A stretch of DNA of 64,000 nt. It comes from an uncultured delta proteobacterium. GTDB taxonomy: Bacteria > Desulfobacterota > Binatia > UBA9968. How positions within the stretch are numbered: the stretch's first letter is position 1; each line of letters begins with the position of its first letter. The notes under the pieces are model-generated. The model had not been told where the DNA came from. It saw nothing but the letters and a program-made list of their open reading frames with translations, and did no database searches. The DNA is taken from NCBI GenBank assembly GCA_963840855.1, contig CAWJBB010000079.1, forward strand, positions 128,001 through 192,000. The letters are read 5' to 3'. Positions 10,121 through 20,115 of the stretch are shown in pieces. Position numbers and translations under genes: made by a program.

Positions 10121-11245
10121 ATGAAGTATCACTTGTGCAGGATTGCTTGCTTGTCTCTCAGCCTTGGTCTGTGGCAATCGGCTTTCGCCGCTACCATCGA
10201 TTCCACTCTGGGTAAAATTAAGAGTGAAGCGCAATCGAAGGGCTACATCTTCTATACGAGCCATGATCAGATCGTGTCTGAGGCGAAAAAGGAAGGAAAG
10301 CTCAAAATCCTGACCGGCCTGGATCCGCAATCCATTAAAGCCATGACCAGCGCATTTAAAAGAAAATATCCCTTCATCAATGTGATCGCTGAGGAAGCAC
10401 AGGGAATCACCGAGCACCAGCGGATCATTCTCGAGCTCAAAGCCGGCTTGACCAGGGACACGGATGGCATCTCGATGGCCAGCGATTTGTATAACGACTA
10501 TATGCCCTATCTGAAAAAGTTCGATATCCTCTCGATGGCCGAACACGGCGTGCTGCAAATCCATCCCAAGATGCTCGATCCAAAGAATCGCAACGTCGCG
10601 GCATTGACCGCCAATACACAAGTAGGCGTAGCCTTCAATAAAAACCTCATCGCTGCCGAGAAAACACCCAATACCTGGGAAGATTATCTAAAACCCGAGT
10701 TCAAAGGAAAAAAGTTTGTCGCTGATGTCAGGCCCACAGAGATCGCGGCGCTGGTGCCTGCATGGGGATTGGAAAAGACTGTGGACTACGCGCGCAAGCT
10801 GGCCGCCCAGCAACCGGTGTGGGTGCGTGGCGCCACCAGGGCGACCATGGCCGTATTTGCCGGAGAGTATCCCATGTTCATAGGGGGCAATTACAAAACC
10901 ATCCGGCGAGCGCAGCAAAAGGATCGCGCCGGCGTGCTGCACTACAAGTTCCTGGAACCGATCCCTGTGCGCCCCGCCGAGCCTTTCGGGGTGATCGCCA
11001 CAAGTGGCAATCCGCATACGGCGTTACTATGGATTGAATTCGTGGCTACAGCGGAAGGTCAAAAAATTATCGATGACTTTGATCCCTTCGGAGCCTCCAT
11101 TTACGCGCCGAACTCGATACAAGGCCAGGAGGTCAAAGGCAAGAAGGTGTCATTGGTGGACTGGGAGTATTATACGCTGCTGGGCGAATATCAGGACAAG
11201 ATAGTCGCCGCTTATGGCTTTCCCAAGGCCGACCCGCAAAAATAG
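10121..11245 (+). CDS. ABC-type substrate-binding protein (AfuA/Fe3+-like family)
   Basis: Signal peptide, EAKKEGKL, FKRKYPFI, PNTWEDYLKPEFKGK, NPHTALLWIEF; GGAGG RBS before ATG 10121. Confidence 0.85.
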   Translation: MKYHLCRIACLSLSLGLWQSAFAATIDSTLGKIKSEAQSKGYIFYTSHDQIVSEAKKEGKLKILTGLDPQSIKAMTSAFKRKYPFINVIAEEAQGITEHQRIILELKAGLTRDTDGISMASDLYNDYMPYLKKFDILSMAEHGVLQIHPKMLDPKNRNVAALTANTQVGVAFNKNLIAAEKTPNTWEDYLKPEFKGKKFVADVRPTEIAALVPAWGLEKTVDYARKLAAQQPVWVRGATRATMAVFAGEYPMFIGGNYKTIRRAQQKDRAGVLHYKFLEPIPVRPAEPFGVIATSGNPHTALLWIEFVATAEGQKIIDDFDPFGASIYAPNSIQGQEVKGKKVSLVDWEYYTLLGEYQDKIVAAYGFPKADPQK

Positions 11246-11268
11246 AAGAACCGAAAAAGGGAGCGAAA

Positions 11269-12162
11269 ATGATTCTGGTTTTGCGCGCGGCCTCGATGAG
11301 CGGTCTCCCCTTCTACATAGCGGAAGAAAAAGGCTTCTTTGACAGAGAAAACGTCCAGGTCCGCTGCATACATTCACACGATCCGAAGCGAAGAATAGTC
11401 CAATTATTGGCCGAGGGGGAAGTTGATTTCTATACCTCGATAAGCGCCATCGTGGAAGCGGTTACCGACGGCGTGAAAGTAAAAGCGCTGTGCGCCACGA
11501 GCAACTCGCGATATCCCTGCGCAGCGAGAGAGGTGATCCGTTCGTTTGCTGATTTGAAAAACAAAAAAGTGATGGTCGGAGGCGGCAGGTCGCGCAACGA
11601 AGTTCTCTGGCTGTGCCGGCGCCTGGGTTGGCAACCGGATCAGGATCTGGAAATTGTCTCCGGAGATCTGTCCGAGCGCGCGCAGGCCTTCTCCGATCCC
11701 AGCTTTGCTGCCGTGTTCGGGCGGCCTCAGTACCTGTCTTGGCTCAAAAAAGGCGGGTTTCATCTTTTACCTTATCCGGACAAGGACGACGCCTGGCCCG
11801 AAGGGTGTCTCGCCACAAGTCAAGCACTGATTGAGGAGAAGCCGGACGTCATACAAAAGGTTGTCAACGCGGTCGTTACGGCCACTGAGTACGCCAGAAG
11901 CCATAAAGAGGAAGCCCTAGCGGTTGCGATGAACCATGTTGGCTATCTCGGAAAAGAGGCGGTTGAGGGGAATTATGAAGTGCTGCGCGAATGGTACTCC
12001 AACGATATTAGCGAGACTGCCATCGCTCACATTGTGGAAGTACTTGAGCTCAAAAATGAGTCCGCTAAACAGCTCCGGCTGGAGGATTTTGCCGTAGGCG
12101 TAGCTTCAATAAAAACCTCATCGCTGCCGAGAAAACACCGAATACCTGGGAAGATTATCTAA
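11269..12162 (+). CDS. NitT/TauA/NMT1-like binding-fold protein, copy 1 (C-terminus altered by the junction at about 12094)
   Basis: LPFYIAEEKGFF..EN, GEVDF, DLKNKKV, IEEKPDVIQKVV; near-identical to 12740..13606 up to LEDFA. Confidence 0.8.
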   Translation: MILVLRAASMSGLPFYIAEEKGFFDRENVQVRCIHSHDPKRRIVQLLAEGEVDFYTSISAIVEAVTDGVKVKALCATSNSRYPCAAREVIRSFADLKNKKVMVGGGRSRNEVLWLCRRLGWQPDQDLEIVSGDLSERAQAFSDPSFAAVFGRPQYLSWLKKGGFHLLPYPDKDDAWPEGCLATSQALIEEKPDVIQKVVNAVVTATEYARSHKEEALAVAMNHVGYLGKEAVEGNYEVLREWYSNDISETAIAHIVEVLELKNESAKQLRLEDFAVGVASIKTSSLPRKHRIPGKII

Positions 12163-12716
12163 AACCCGAGTTCAAAGGAAAAAAGTTTGTCGCTGATGTC
12201 AGGCCCACAGAGATCGCGGCGCTGGTGCCTGCATGGGGATTGGAAAAGACTGTCGACTACGCGCGCAAGCTGGCCGCCCAGCAACCGGTGTGGGTGCGTG
12301 GCACCACCAGGGCGACCATGGCCGTATTTGCCGGAGAGTATCCCATGTTCATAGGGGGCAATTACAAATCCATCCGGCGAGCGCAGCAAAAGGATCGCGC
12401 CGGCGTGCTACACTACAAGCTCCTGGAACCGATCCCTGTGCGCCCCGCCGAGCCTTTCGGGGTGATCGCCACAAGTGGCAATCCGCATACGGCGTTACTA
12501 TGGATTGAATTCGTGGCTACAGCGGAAGGTCAAAAAATTATCGATGACTTTGATCCCTTCGGAGCATCCATTTACGCGCCGAACTCGATACAAGGCCAGG
12601 AGATCAAAGGCAAGAAGGTGTCATTGGTGGACTGGGAGTATTATACGCTGCTGGGCGAATATCAGGACAAAATCGTCGCCGCTTATGGCTTTCCCAAGGC
12701 CGACCCCCAAAAATAG
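12094..12716 (+). pseudogene. 5'-truncated duplicate of the AfuA-like binding protein gene
   Basis: From 12094 the sequence matches 10623 onward (GTAGGCGTAGC...), with an indel and a mismatch next to the junction. Confidence 0.85.
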
Positions 12717-12739
12717 AAGAACCGAAAAAGGGAGCGAAA

Positions 12740-13606
12740 ATGATTCTGGTTTTGCGCACCGCCTCGATGAGCGGTCTCCCCTTCTACATAGCAGAAGAAA
12801 AAGGCTTCTTTAACAGAGAAAACGTCCAGGTCCGCTGCATACATTCACACGATCCGAAGCGAAGAATAGTCCAATTACTGGCCGAGGGGGAAGTTGATTT
12901 CTATACCTCGATAAGCGCCATCGTGGAAGCGGTTACCCACGGCGTGAAAGTAAAAGCGCTGTGCGCCACGAGCAACTCGCGATATCCGTGCGCGGCCAGA
13001 GAGGAGATTCGGTCGTTTTCCGGTTTGAAAAATAAAAAAGTGATGGTGGGAGGCGGCAGGTCGCGCAACGAAGTTCTCTGGCTCTGCCGGCGCCTGGGTT
13101 GGCAACCGGATCAGGATCTGGAAATTGTCTCCGGAGATCTGTCCGAGCGCGCGCAGGCCTTCTCCGATCCCAGCTTTGCTGCCGTGTTCGGGCGGCCTCA
13201 GTACCTGTCCTGGCTCAAAAAAGGCGGGTTTCATCTTTTACCTTATCCGGACAAGGACGACGCCTGGCCCGAAGGGTGTCTCGCCACAAGTCAAGCACTG
13301 ATTGAGGAGAAGCCGGACGTCATACAAAAGGTTGTCAACGCGGTCGTTACGGCCACTGAGTACGCCAGAAGCCATAAAGAGGAAGCCCTAGCGGTTGCGA
13401 TGAACCATGTTGGCTATCTCGGAAAAGAGGCGGTTGAGGGAAATTATGAAGTGCTGCGCGAATGGTACTCCAACGATATTAGCGAGACTGCCATCGCTCA
13501 CATTGTGGAAGTACTTGAGCTCAAAAATGAGCCCGCCAAACAGCTCCGGCTGGAGGATTTTGCCGACCTTTCATTCTTGATGCAGACACGCAAAGGTTTG
13601 CGCTGA
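12740..13606 (+). CDS. NitT/TauA/NMT1-like binding-fold protein, copy 2 (no signal peptide)
   Basis: Same motifs as copy 1; intact C-terminus DFADLSFL. Confidence 0.82.
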   Translation: MILVLRTASMSGLPFYIAEEKGFFNRENVQVRCIHSHDPKRRIVQLLAEGEVDFYTSISAIVEAVTHGVKVKALCATSNSRYPCAAREEIRSFSGLKNKKVMVGGGRSRNEVLWLCRRLGWQPDQDLEIVSGDLSERAQAFSDPSFAAVFGRPQYLSWLKKGGFHLLPYPDKDDAWPEGCLATSQALIEEKPDVIQKVVNAVVTATEYARSHKEEALAVAMNHVGYLGKEAVEGNYEVLREWYSNDISETAIAHIVEVLELKNEPAKQLRLEDFADLSFLMQTRKGLR

Positions 13607-13622
13607 TGAACTTGCCGTTGCG

Positions 13623-14609
13623 TTACGAAACTTCGACAAAATAGGGGATCGCGCGGATGGCCACGCTAAGCGCAAGGACGCCGAGAGAAGCCAGAGCGAA
13701 GGGATAAAACCAAGGCACTTGTTTGCCCAGGCTTTTCACGAGAAAAGTTCCCTTCTCGGTTCTGTTGATATTCGCGTAGGCTTCCTCGAGCTGCTTCGCG
13801 TCGCGCACGTCAAAGTAATTCCCCCCCGTGCCTTCCACCGCCGCAATCAACCTCGGCGCGTCGCGCGCTTTTTCCACTTCTACGCCGATAAAATGGATCT
13901 TGAATTTATCGTCCTTCGCCCGCGCGATGGCCTGATAGACATCGCGGCCGGTGTTGTTCTCGCCGTCGGTGAGAACGATCATCACCCTTCCTTTGTCGGC
14001 TCCTTTGGCGTCCCGCCCTTGCTTGGCGGCGAGGTCGAGGGAAGTCAGAATTCCTTCACCGATGGCCGTTTGGCCCTCGCTGGCGAGCATCTTGTTGTCG
14101 ACCAGTTGGAGATAACGCTGCACGTAAGCGGAATCGAAGGTCATCGGCGCCACAACGTAGCCATTTTCAGAGAACACGACCACCGCCAACCGGTCGTCGT
14201 GGCGCCGCTCCACGAAGGTGGCCATGGCTTCCTTGACGGCTCCCAGCCGGTCTTTTTCTTTTGTCCGAATACCCAGCCGTTGCCGTTCCAACGCGCCCCT
14301 GAGGTCGATGGGCTCCTGCATACTGGAAGAGAGATCGACGACCATGATGATATCGAGACCTTTTTTAGCGATGAAACGTTGCGACGCGGGGAGCACCGGG
14401 TCCAGGAGCGCCACGACCAGCAATCCCAATGACAGAAGCTCCAGGAAACGCGGCAGATAAACCAGGCGGGAAGCCGGGCGAATTCGCGTCTTGAGATAGT
14501 GCAATAGAGGGTGGGTGAAGTAGCTCCGCGGCCTGCGCCAGCGCACCGCCAAGACTAACACGATGAGCGGAATGAGAACCCACAGCAGATCCAAACGGGC
14601 AAACTTCAT
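13623..14609 (-). CDS. Membrane VWA-domain protein (BatA/MxaC-like), duplicate copy
   Basis: N-terminal TM segments, MIDAS DLSSS, TAIGEG, LTDGENN, C-terminal TM. Confidence 0.9.
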   Translation of the reverse strand: MKFARLDLLWVLIPLIVLVLAVRWRRPRSYFTHPLLHYLKTRIRPASRLVYLPRFLELLSLGLLVVALLDPVLPASQRFIAKKGLDIIMVVDLSSSMQEPIDLRGALERQRLGIRTKEKDRLGAVKEAMATFVERRHDDRLAVVVFSENGYVVAPMTFDSAYVQRYLQLVDNKMLASEGQTAIGEGILTSLDLAAKQGRDAKGADKGRVMIVLTDGENNTGRDVYQAIARAKDDKFKIHFIGVEVEKARDAPRLIAAVEGTGGNYFDVRDAKQLEEAYANINRTEKGTFLVKSLGKQVPWFYPFALASLGVLALSVAIRAIPYFVEVS

Positions 14610-14619
14610 GTCGTGGCCT

Positions 14620-15690
14620 TTATATGCGCAGCCTTTGGGTCAACTTGCCAAGCTCGCCTTGAACCTCATCTCGCCAATCTCTTCCCAAATCTGCGCCCCG
14701 CCTTGTGTAAAGCACCTGCTCGCATCTCTCGAGCAGGGTTTTGATCGGCGCTCCCAAGCCCTCTTGCCCGTGGTTTTTTAAAGCGCTGGCAACCTCATCT
14801 GGAGTCAGGCTTGAGACATCGATTTCCAGCGATTGACCGAGATACTCGCGCATGAACCGGGAGACTTCGGCATAGAACCGCAGCTGATCTTCGGCGGAAT
14901 CCCGGCCCATCGTTTGAGTAGCGCGCAAGAAATCCTGCAGCATTCGGGCCTTGGCCCGCCGGGTCAAGTGTCGCGTTTTGGGTTTCTCCGTGGACGACGA
15001 TGTCCAGAGGCGCCGGGTGAATTGCACGGCTAAAAAAATCATCCCCGCCAAACCGAGCGCCAGGGCGGCCATCCATCGCTCGGGGCCGGCCCGCGAGATG
15101 ACTCTGCTGTCACGGGGCCTAAGGGCATCGGCGGTCAAAGTCGAACGGAGGCCAACTCGGGTCGCGGGCACGGGAAAAGATTCCGCGAGAGTATCTCCAC
15201 CCTTCTCTGATCCCGCTTTGAGCGTAAAGTAATATAGGACGAAGGAAGGAATTCGTAGCTCGGCTTGCCCGCTCTCGTAGGTAGCGAGTAGAAGAATAAC
15301 CTCGGTAACTTTCTTGTCGGCGCCGAATGCGCTATGACGCACGGCAACTTCGCGCACCACGAATGGCGCCAGATTCAAGCTCTCCTTTTTCAAAGGTTCC
15401 AAAACAATTTCGATGTTAGGATCATGGATAGCCCTCACGGTGTAGTGGAACAGGTCGCCAACCCAGACAGCAGTTTTATCCAAATGAGTCGAGACGGCGA
15501 TTTTACTCGTCTTGACCTTTTTCTCCACCGGTGCGGCGCCCAGCGTCGTTAAAGCGAGTAGCAACAATAGAAGGCGCAAGGCGTGAGGCGCAAGGCGTGT
15601 CTTTATCGTGGTTCGTGTTCGTGATTCGTGTTCACCCGAGCACGAGAAACGAGCACGATTTCCACGAGATGATTGAGCGTAACGAATCAT
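14620..15690 (-). CDS. BatD/MxaA-like membrane protein, duplicate copy
   Basis: Hydrophobic leader, VWVGD.FHYTV Ig-like segment, G.AELRIP, TM, then FY.EVS...REYL...SLT..E; lies between DUF58 and VWA. Confidence 0.65.
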   Translation of the reverse strand: MIRYAQSSRGNRARFSCSGEHESRTRTTIKTRLAPHALRLLLLLLALTTLGAAPVEKKVKTSKIAVSTHLDKTAVWVGDLFHYTVRAIHDPNIEIVLEPLKKESLNLAPFVVREVAVRHSAFGADKKVTEVILLLATYESGQAELRIPSFVLYYFTLKAGSEKGGDTLAESFPVPATRVGLRSTLTADALRPRDSRVISRAGPERWMAALALGLAGMIFLAVQFTRRLWTSSSTEKPKTRHLTRRAKARMLQDFLRATQTMGRDSAEDQLRFYAEVSRFMREYLGQSLEIDVSSLTPDEVASALKNHGQEGLGAPIKTLLERCEQVLYTRRGADLGRDWRDEVQGELGKLTQRLRI

Positions 15691-15730
15691 ATGACTTTTT
15701 TTCAGGCGCCTGCCGGTGATACGACCTTAT

Positions 15731-16615
15731 TCATCGACGCCTCTTGCGAGCAAGAAAGAAACCGATCAGCGGGTCCAGATAGGGTTTTCCGGGATGAAGA
15801 AACAGATGGTCTAAGCCCATGGTGTAAAGAGCGCGCTCCAGCACGACCCGTCGTTCCAGCATCATGGACCGGTAGAGATCCTTATTCTTCCTGGTCAGGT
15901 TGAGAACTATTCCAGCGCCCGATTCCGCGTCGCGCAGGCGCGCGAAGCCGCGCCCGCCGGGCAAGGCCTCCTCCCAGTTGTCCGCGACGATGAGGGGAAT
16001 GAGATCGTGCTTGCGCGCGATATGCCTGAGCGCATGGCCATGCAAGGCCTCTTCCGCCTCAATGAAGTCCGAGATCAAAAAAATCAAGGCCGAGGTCCTG
16101 AGCTTGCCGAACAAATGCGCGAATGGGAGTGAAAAATCGGTCTTGACCGAGCTTGGTTTGACATCCCACAGGGATTCTAAAATCTGCCAGATTTGTCTGG
16201 AGCCCGCCTTGAGCGGGATATCCAATTCGATTCTGTCGGTGAATCCCAGCAAGCCGACCTTCATATTGTCGCCAGTGGCGGAAAAAGCCAGGATCGCGGC
16301 GACCCGCACGAGCAGCTCCCGTTTCGATTGGTCCACGCTGGCAAATTCCATCGACCGTGACAGGTCCGCGATGATGATGGCGCTCAACTCCTTCTCTTCG
16401 AAGTCCTTCTTCACGAACGGGTAGCGCATGCGCGCGGTGGCATTCCAGTCGATCTGCCGGTAATCATCGCCTTGTTGGTAAGGCTTGTGCTGGTCGAATT
16501 CGAAGCCTCTACCGCGCAGCGGGCTGCGATAGTCTCCCACCCGGTGATCCCGCACCGCCCGGCGCGTATAAATCTCGATGTAGCGCAACTCTTCCATCAA
16601 CGCTCTAGGGATCAT
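15731..16615 (-). CDS. DUF58 family protein (MxaS-like, MoxR-associated), duplicate copy
   Basis: S.LRGRGFEF..H.PY..GDD.R.IDWNATAR, DLSRSM, ISDF. Confidence 0.93.
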   Translation of the reverse strand: MIPRALMEELRYIEIYTRRAVRDHRVGDYRSPLRGRGFEFDQHKPYQQGDDYRQIDWNATARMRYPFVKKDFEEKELSAIIIADLSRSMEFASVDQSKRELLVRVAAILAFSATGDNMKVGLLGFTDRIELDIPLKAGSRQIWQILESLWDVKPSSVKTDFSLPFAHLFGKLRTSALIFLISDFIEAEEALHGHALRHIARKHDLIPLIVADNWEEALPGGRGFARLRDAESGAGIVLNLTRKNKDLYRSMMLERRVVLERALYTMGLDHLFLHPGKPYLDPLIGFFLARKRRR

Positions 16616-16707
16616 ATTTATTATTCACCGCGACGGACACGACGAGCACGAAGGGTTCGCAATACGGGACGGTCGCGACCGTCCCCTACTTTGTGACCTT
16701 TGTACTA

Positions 16708-16910
16708 CTATGTTTAAGAGTTTTCGCGGCTCGCGCAAATTCTTTGTTGCCCTTATCCTAAATTGTGGAATTCAGAAGACAATACGGTATCACCACGAAG
16801 GCACGAAGGACACGAAGGGTTCGGATATTTATACTCTTAAACTTCGTGAACTTCGTGCCTTCGTGGTGAGTCCCCTCGTCTTGTGCCTTTTGTGGTTGAA
16901 TCTCTTGTTC
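16708..16910. repeat. About 200 bp intergenic repeat with a long core hairpin (other copies 23201-23403 and 41831-42036)
   Basis: AGTTTTCGCGG..GCGCAAATTCTTTG...TCACCACGAAGGCACGAAG...CTTCGTGCCTTCGTGGTGA at three loci. Confidence 0.85.
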
Positions 16911-16915
16911 TCTTT

Positions 16916-17938
16916 CTATGGGACCGCGACTTTTGCCAATAATTCCTCAACGATTTCGTCCGGCGAGATGTTTTCCGCCTCCGCGCGCACGGTGCGGATC
17001 AAGCGGTGGCGCAGGGCGTCCGGAGCAATGCGCTTGACATCGGCGGGAAGAACGAAATCCCGGCCCGCGAAGAAGGCGGTGGTGCGCGCCAGCGCGAGAA
17101 GATGCTGCGCCGCCCGCGGCGACGCGCCATGAAGAACCATTTCACTGATCACGGGCAGGCTCATCGCCATCCCGTTGCGCGTGGCGCGGACGATGCGGAT
17201 GACATACTCTCTGATGGCATCGCTGACGAAGGTTTCCCCGCCGATGCGCTTGCGCAAGCGGATCACGTCGGCGGGCGCCATGACGGCCCTTACGGTCAAT
17301 TGGCTCAAGTTGCGCGCGAGCATCGCGGCCTCGTCCGCATGGGTCGGATAGTCGACCTTCACTTTCAAGGAAAATCGGTCCACTTGAGCTTCGGGGAGAG
17401 CGTAGACGCCTTCTTGTTCAATGGGATTTTGCGTCGCCAAGACCCAAAAGGGTTCATCCAGAGGATAGGTCGTCTCGCCGATGGTGACTTGCCGTTCCTG
17501 CATCGCTTCCAAAAGCGCGCTCTGGGTTTTCTGCGTGGCGCGATTGATCTCGTCGGCCAAAATCAAGTTGGCGAAGATCGGTCCCTTTTCGGTGCGGAAC
17601 GTGCCTAGGGCAATATCAAAAATTCGCGTGCCGATGATGTCGGCGGGGAGCAGGTCCGGCGTGAACTGAATGCGTTGAAACCTGGCGCTGATCGTGTTGG
17701 CAAGGGTCATCACCGTCAGGGTCTTGGCCAGCCCGGGCACTCCCTCCAGCAGCACATGGCCGTAGCCCGATTTCTCCTCCTCGTCGCGCTTGAATGAATA
17801 AGGTATCTCCGAGAACAAACCGATCAGCAGGCGTTGAATCAGCCATTCCTGGCCCACGATCACCTTGTTGATCTCTTGCGCCACCGCCTGGATGGCTTCG
17901 AAGGCCTGCTCTCGGTCTATGTTTTCGCGCGTGTCCAC
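16916..17938 (-). CDS. moxR: MoxR family AAA+ ATPase, duplicate copy
   Basis: HVLLEGVPGLAKT, RIQFTPDLLPADIIG, LADEINRA, ATQNPIEQEG, EAQVDRF; GTG start. Confidence 0.95.
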   Translation of the reverse strand: MDTRENIDREQAFEAIQAVAQEINKVIVGQEWLIQRLLIGLFSEIPYSFKRDEEEKSGYGHVLLEGVPGLAKTLTVMTLANTISARFQRIQFTPDLLPADIIGTRIFDIALGTFRTEKGPIFANLILADEINRATQKTQSALLEAMQERQVTIGETTYPLDEPFWVLATQNPIEQEGVYALPEAQVDRFSLKVKVDYPTHADEAAMLARNLSQLTVRAVMAPADVIRLRKRIGGETFVSDAIREYVIRIVRATRNGMAMSLPVISEMVLHGASPRAAQHLLALARTTAFFAGRDFVLPADVKRIAPDALRHRLIRTVRAEAENISPDEIVEELLAKVAVP

Positions 17939-17944
17939 GGCTAC

Positions 17945-18546
17945 GAACCTGAAATTAACAGCGTCAAAAAAAGATGCCGGCCGCGGCCAGCAAAAAGCCA
18001 TGATAAAAGTCCTGGTATTCGATGACTTTTCTGAAGCCGGTGATATCGCGCTCTTTGAGAACGATTTCAGAAAAAGTCTTATCCAGCTCGAAACCGCTGA
18101 GAGATCGGTAAAACTTCCCTCCAGTCTTGTCCGCGATCCAGTGCAGGGTGCGCTCATCGAAACGAGTGATGATTCTTTTACCCTGGTCGTCCTCGAGGTA
18201 AACAGGACGGCCGCTCTCGTACGCAATCGGTATCGGCGCGCCTTCCACGGAGCCTACGCCGACGGTATGGACCTTGACTCCTTGTTCTTTCACCGCGTCA
18301 ACCGCCCCATCGAGCTCCGCGCTGTTGTCCTCGCCGTCGGAAAGCAGGATAAAGACCTTCTTGTTGCGCGCCGCTGCAGGGTACACTTCGGCTTCTTTGC
18401 GAATCACGGTAAGACCATTTCTGAGCCCGCGCCCGATATTGGTTCCATGGCTCACGCTGGTGTCTTCTTTCAGATAGTCGAGATAATAGAGAATATTGTT
18501 GGCGTCTTCAGTCAGGTAGGAGATGATCACGCTGCCGCCGGCAAAC
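17945..18546 (-). pseudogene. 5'-truncated duplicate of the VWA (BatB/MxaL-like) gene
   Basis: Matches the 3' part of 24437..25444; cut at junction 18546; A7 vs A8 homopolymer frameshift near the end. Confidence 0.85.
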
Positions 18547-19209
18547 AAGAATCGCAACGTCGCGGCATTGACCGCCAACACACAAGTAGGCGTAGCCTTC
18601 AATAAAAACCTCATCGCTGCCGAGAAAACACCCAATACCTGGGAAGATTATCTAAAACCCGAGTTCAAAGGAAAAAAGTTTGTCGCTGATGTCAGGCCCA
18701 CAGAGATCGCGGCGCTGGTGCCTGCATGGGGATTGGAAAAGACTGTCGACTACGCGCGCAAGCTGGCCGCCCAGCAACCGGTGTGGGTGCGTGGCACCAC
18801 CAGGGCGACCATGGCCGTATTTGCCGGAGAGTATCCCATGTTCATAGGGGGCAATTACAAATCCATCCGGCGAGCGCAGCAAAAGGATCGCGCCGGCGTG
18901 CTACACTACAAGCTCCTGGAACCGATCCCTGTGCGCCCCGCCGAGCCTTTCGGGGTGATCGCCACAAGTGGCAATCCGCATACGGCGTTACTATGGATTG
19001 AATTCGTGGCTACAGCGGAAGGTCAAAAAATTATCGATGACTTTGATCCCTTCGGAGCATCCATTTACGCGCCGAACTCGATACAAGGCCAGGAGATCAA
19101 AGGCAAGAAGGTGTCATTGGTGGACTGGGAGTATTATACGCTGCTGGGCGAATATCAGGACAAAATCGTCGCCGCTTATGGCTTTCCCAAGGCCGACCCC
19201 CAAAAATAG
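18547..19209 (+). pseudogene. 5'-truncated duplicate of the AfuA-like binding protein gene
   Basis: From 18547 the sequence matches 10584 onward (AAGAATCGCAACGTC). Confidence 0.85.
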
Positions 19210-19232
19210 AAGAACCGAAAAAGGGAGCGAAA

Positions 19233-20099
19233 ATGATTCTGGTTTTGCGCACCGCCTCGATGAGCGGTCTCCCCTTCTACATAGCAGAAGAAAAAGGCTT
19301 CTTTAACAGAGAAAACGTCCAGGTCCGCTGCATACATTCACACGATCCGAAGCGAAGAATAGTCCAATTACTGGCCGAGGGGGAAGTTGATTTCTATACC
19401 TCGATAAGCGCCATCGTGGAAGCGGTTACCCACGGCGTGAAAGTAAAAGCGCTGTGCGCCACGAGCAACTCGCGATATCCGTGCGCGGCCAGAGAGGAGA
19501 TTCGGTCGTTTTCCGGTTTGAAAAATAAAAAAGTGATGGTGGGAGGCGGCAGGTCGCGCAACGAAGTTCTCTGGCTCTGCCGGCGCCTGGGTTGGCAACC
19601 GGATCAGGATCTGGAAATTGTCTCCGGAGATCTGTCCGAGCGCGCGCAGGCCTTCTCCGATCCCAGCTTTGCTGCCGTGTTCGGGCGGCCTCAGTACCTG
19701 TCCTGGCTCAAAAAAGGCGGGTTTCATCTTTTACCTTATCCGGACAAGGACGACGCCTGGCCCGAAGGGTGTCTCGCCACAAGTCAAGCACTGATTGAGG
19801 AGAAGCCGGACGTCATACAAAAGGTTGTCAACGCGGTCGTTACGGCCACTGAGTACGCCAGAAGCCATAAAGAGGAAGCCCTAGCGGTTGCGATGAACCA
19901 TGTTGGCTATCTCGGAAAAGAGGCGGTTGAGGGAAATTATGAAGTGCTGCGCGAATGGTACTCCAACGATATTAGCGAGACTGCCATCGCTCACATTGTG
20001 GAAGTACTTGAGCTCAAAAATGAGCCCGCCAAACAGCTCCGGCTGGAGGATTTTGCCGACCTTTCATTCTTGATGCAGACACGCAAAGGTTTGCGCTGA
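19233..20099 (+). CDS. NitT/TauA/NMT1-like binding-fold protein, copy 3
   Basis: Translation appears identical to 12740..13606. Confidence 0.82.
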   Translation: MILVLRTASMSGLPFYIAEEKGFFNRENVQVRCIHSHDPKRRIVQLLAEGEVDFYTSISAIVEAVTHGVKVKALCATSNSRYPCAAREEIRSFSGLKNKKVMVGGGRSRNEVLWLCRRLGWQPDQDLEIVSGDLSERAQAFSDPSFAAVFGRPQYLSWLKKGGFHLLPYPDKDDAWPEGCLATSQALIEEKPDVIQKVVNAVVTATEYARSHKEEALAVAMNHVGYLGKEAVEGNYEVLREWYSNDISETAIAHIVEVLELKNEPAKQLRLEDFADLSFLMQTRKGLR

Positions 20100-20115
20100 T
20101 GAACTTGCCGTTGCG

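Noticed and set aside
16625-16910. CRISPR array
   Set aside because: The repeats are short palindromic units without regular unique spacers; no cas genes.
16916-18635. 436 aa extended MoxR and hybrid ORFs 17964..18635 and 18523..19209 as novel fusions
   Set aside because: They arise from the duplication junction and local sequence differences; the intact copy shows a 340 aa MoxR and a separate VWA gene.
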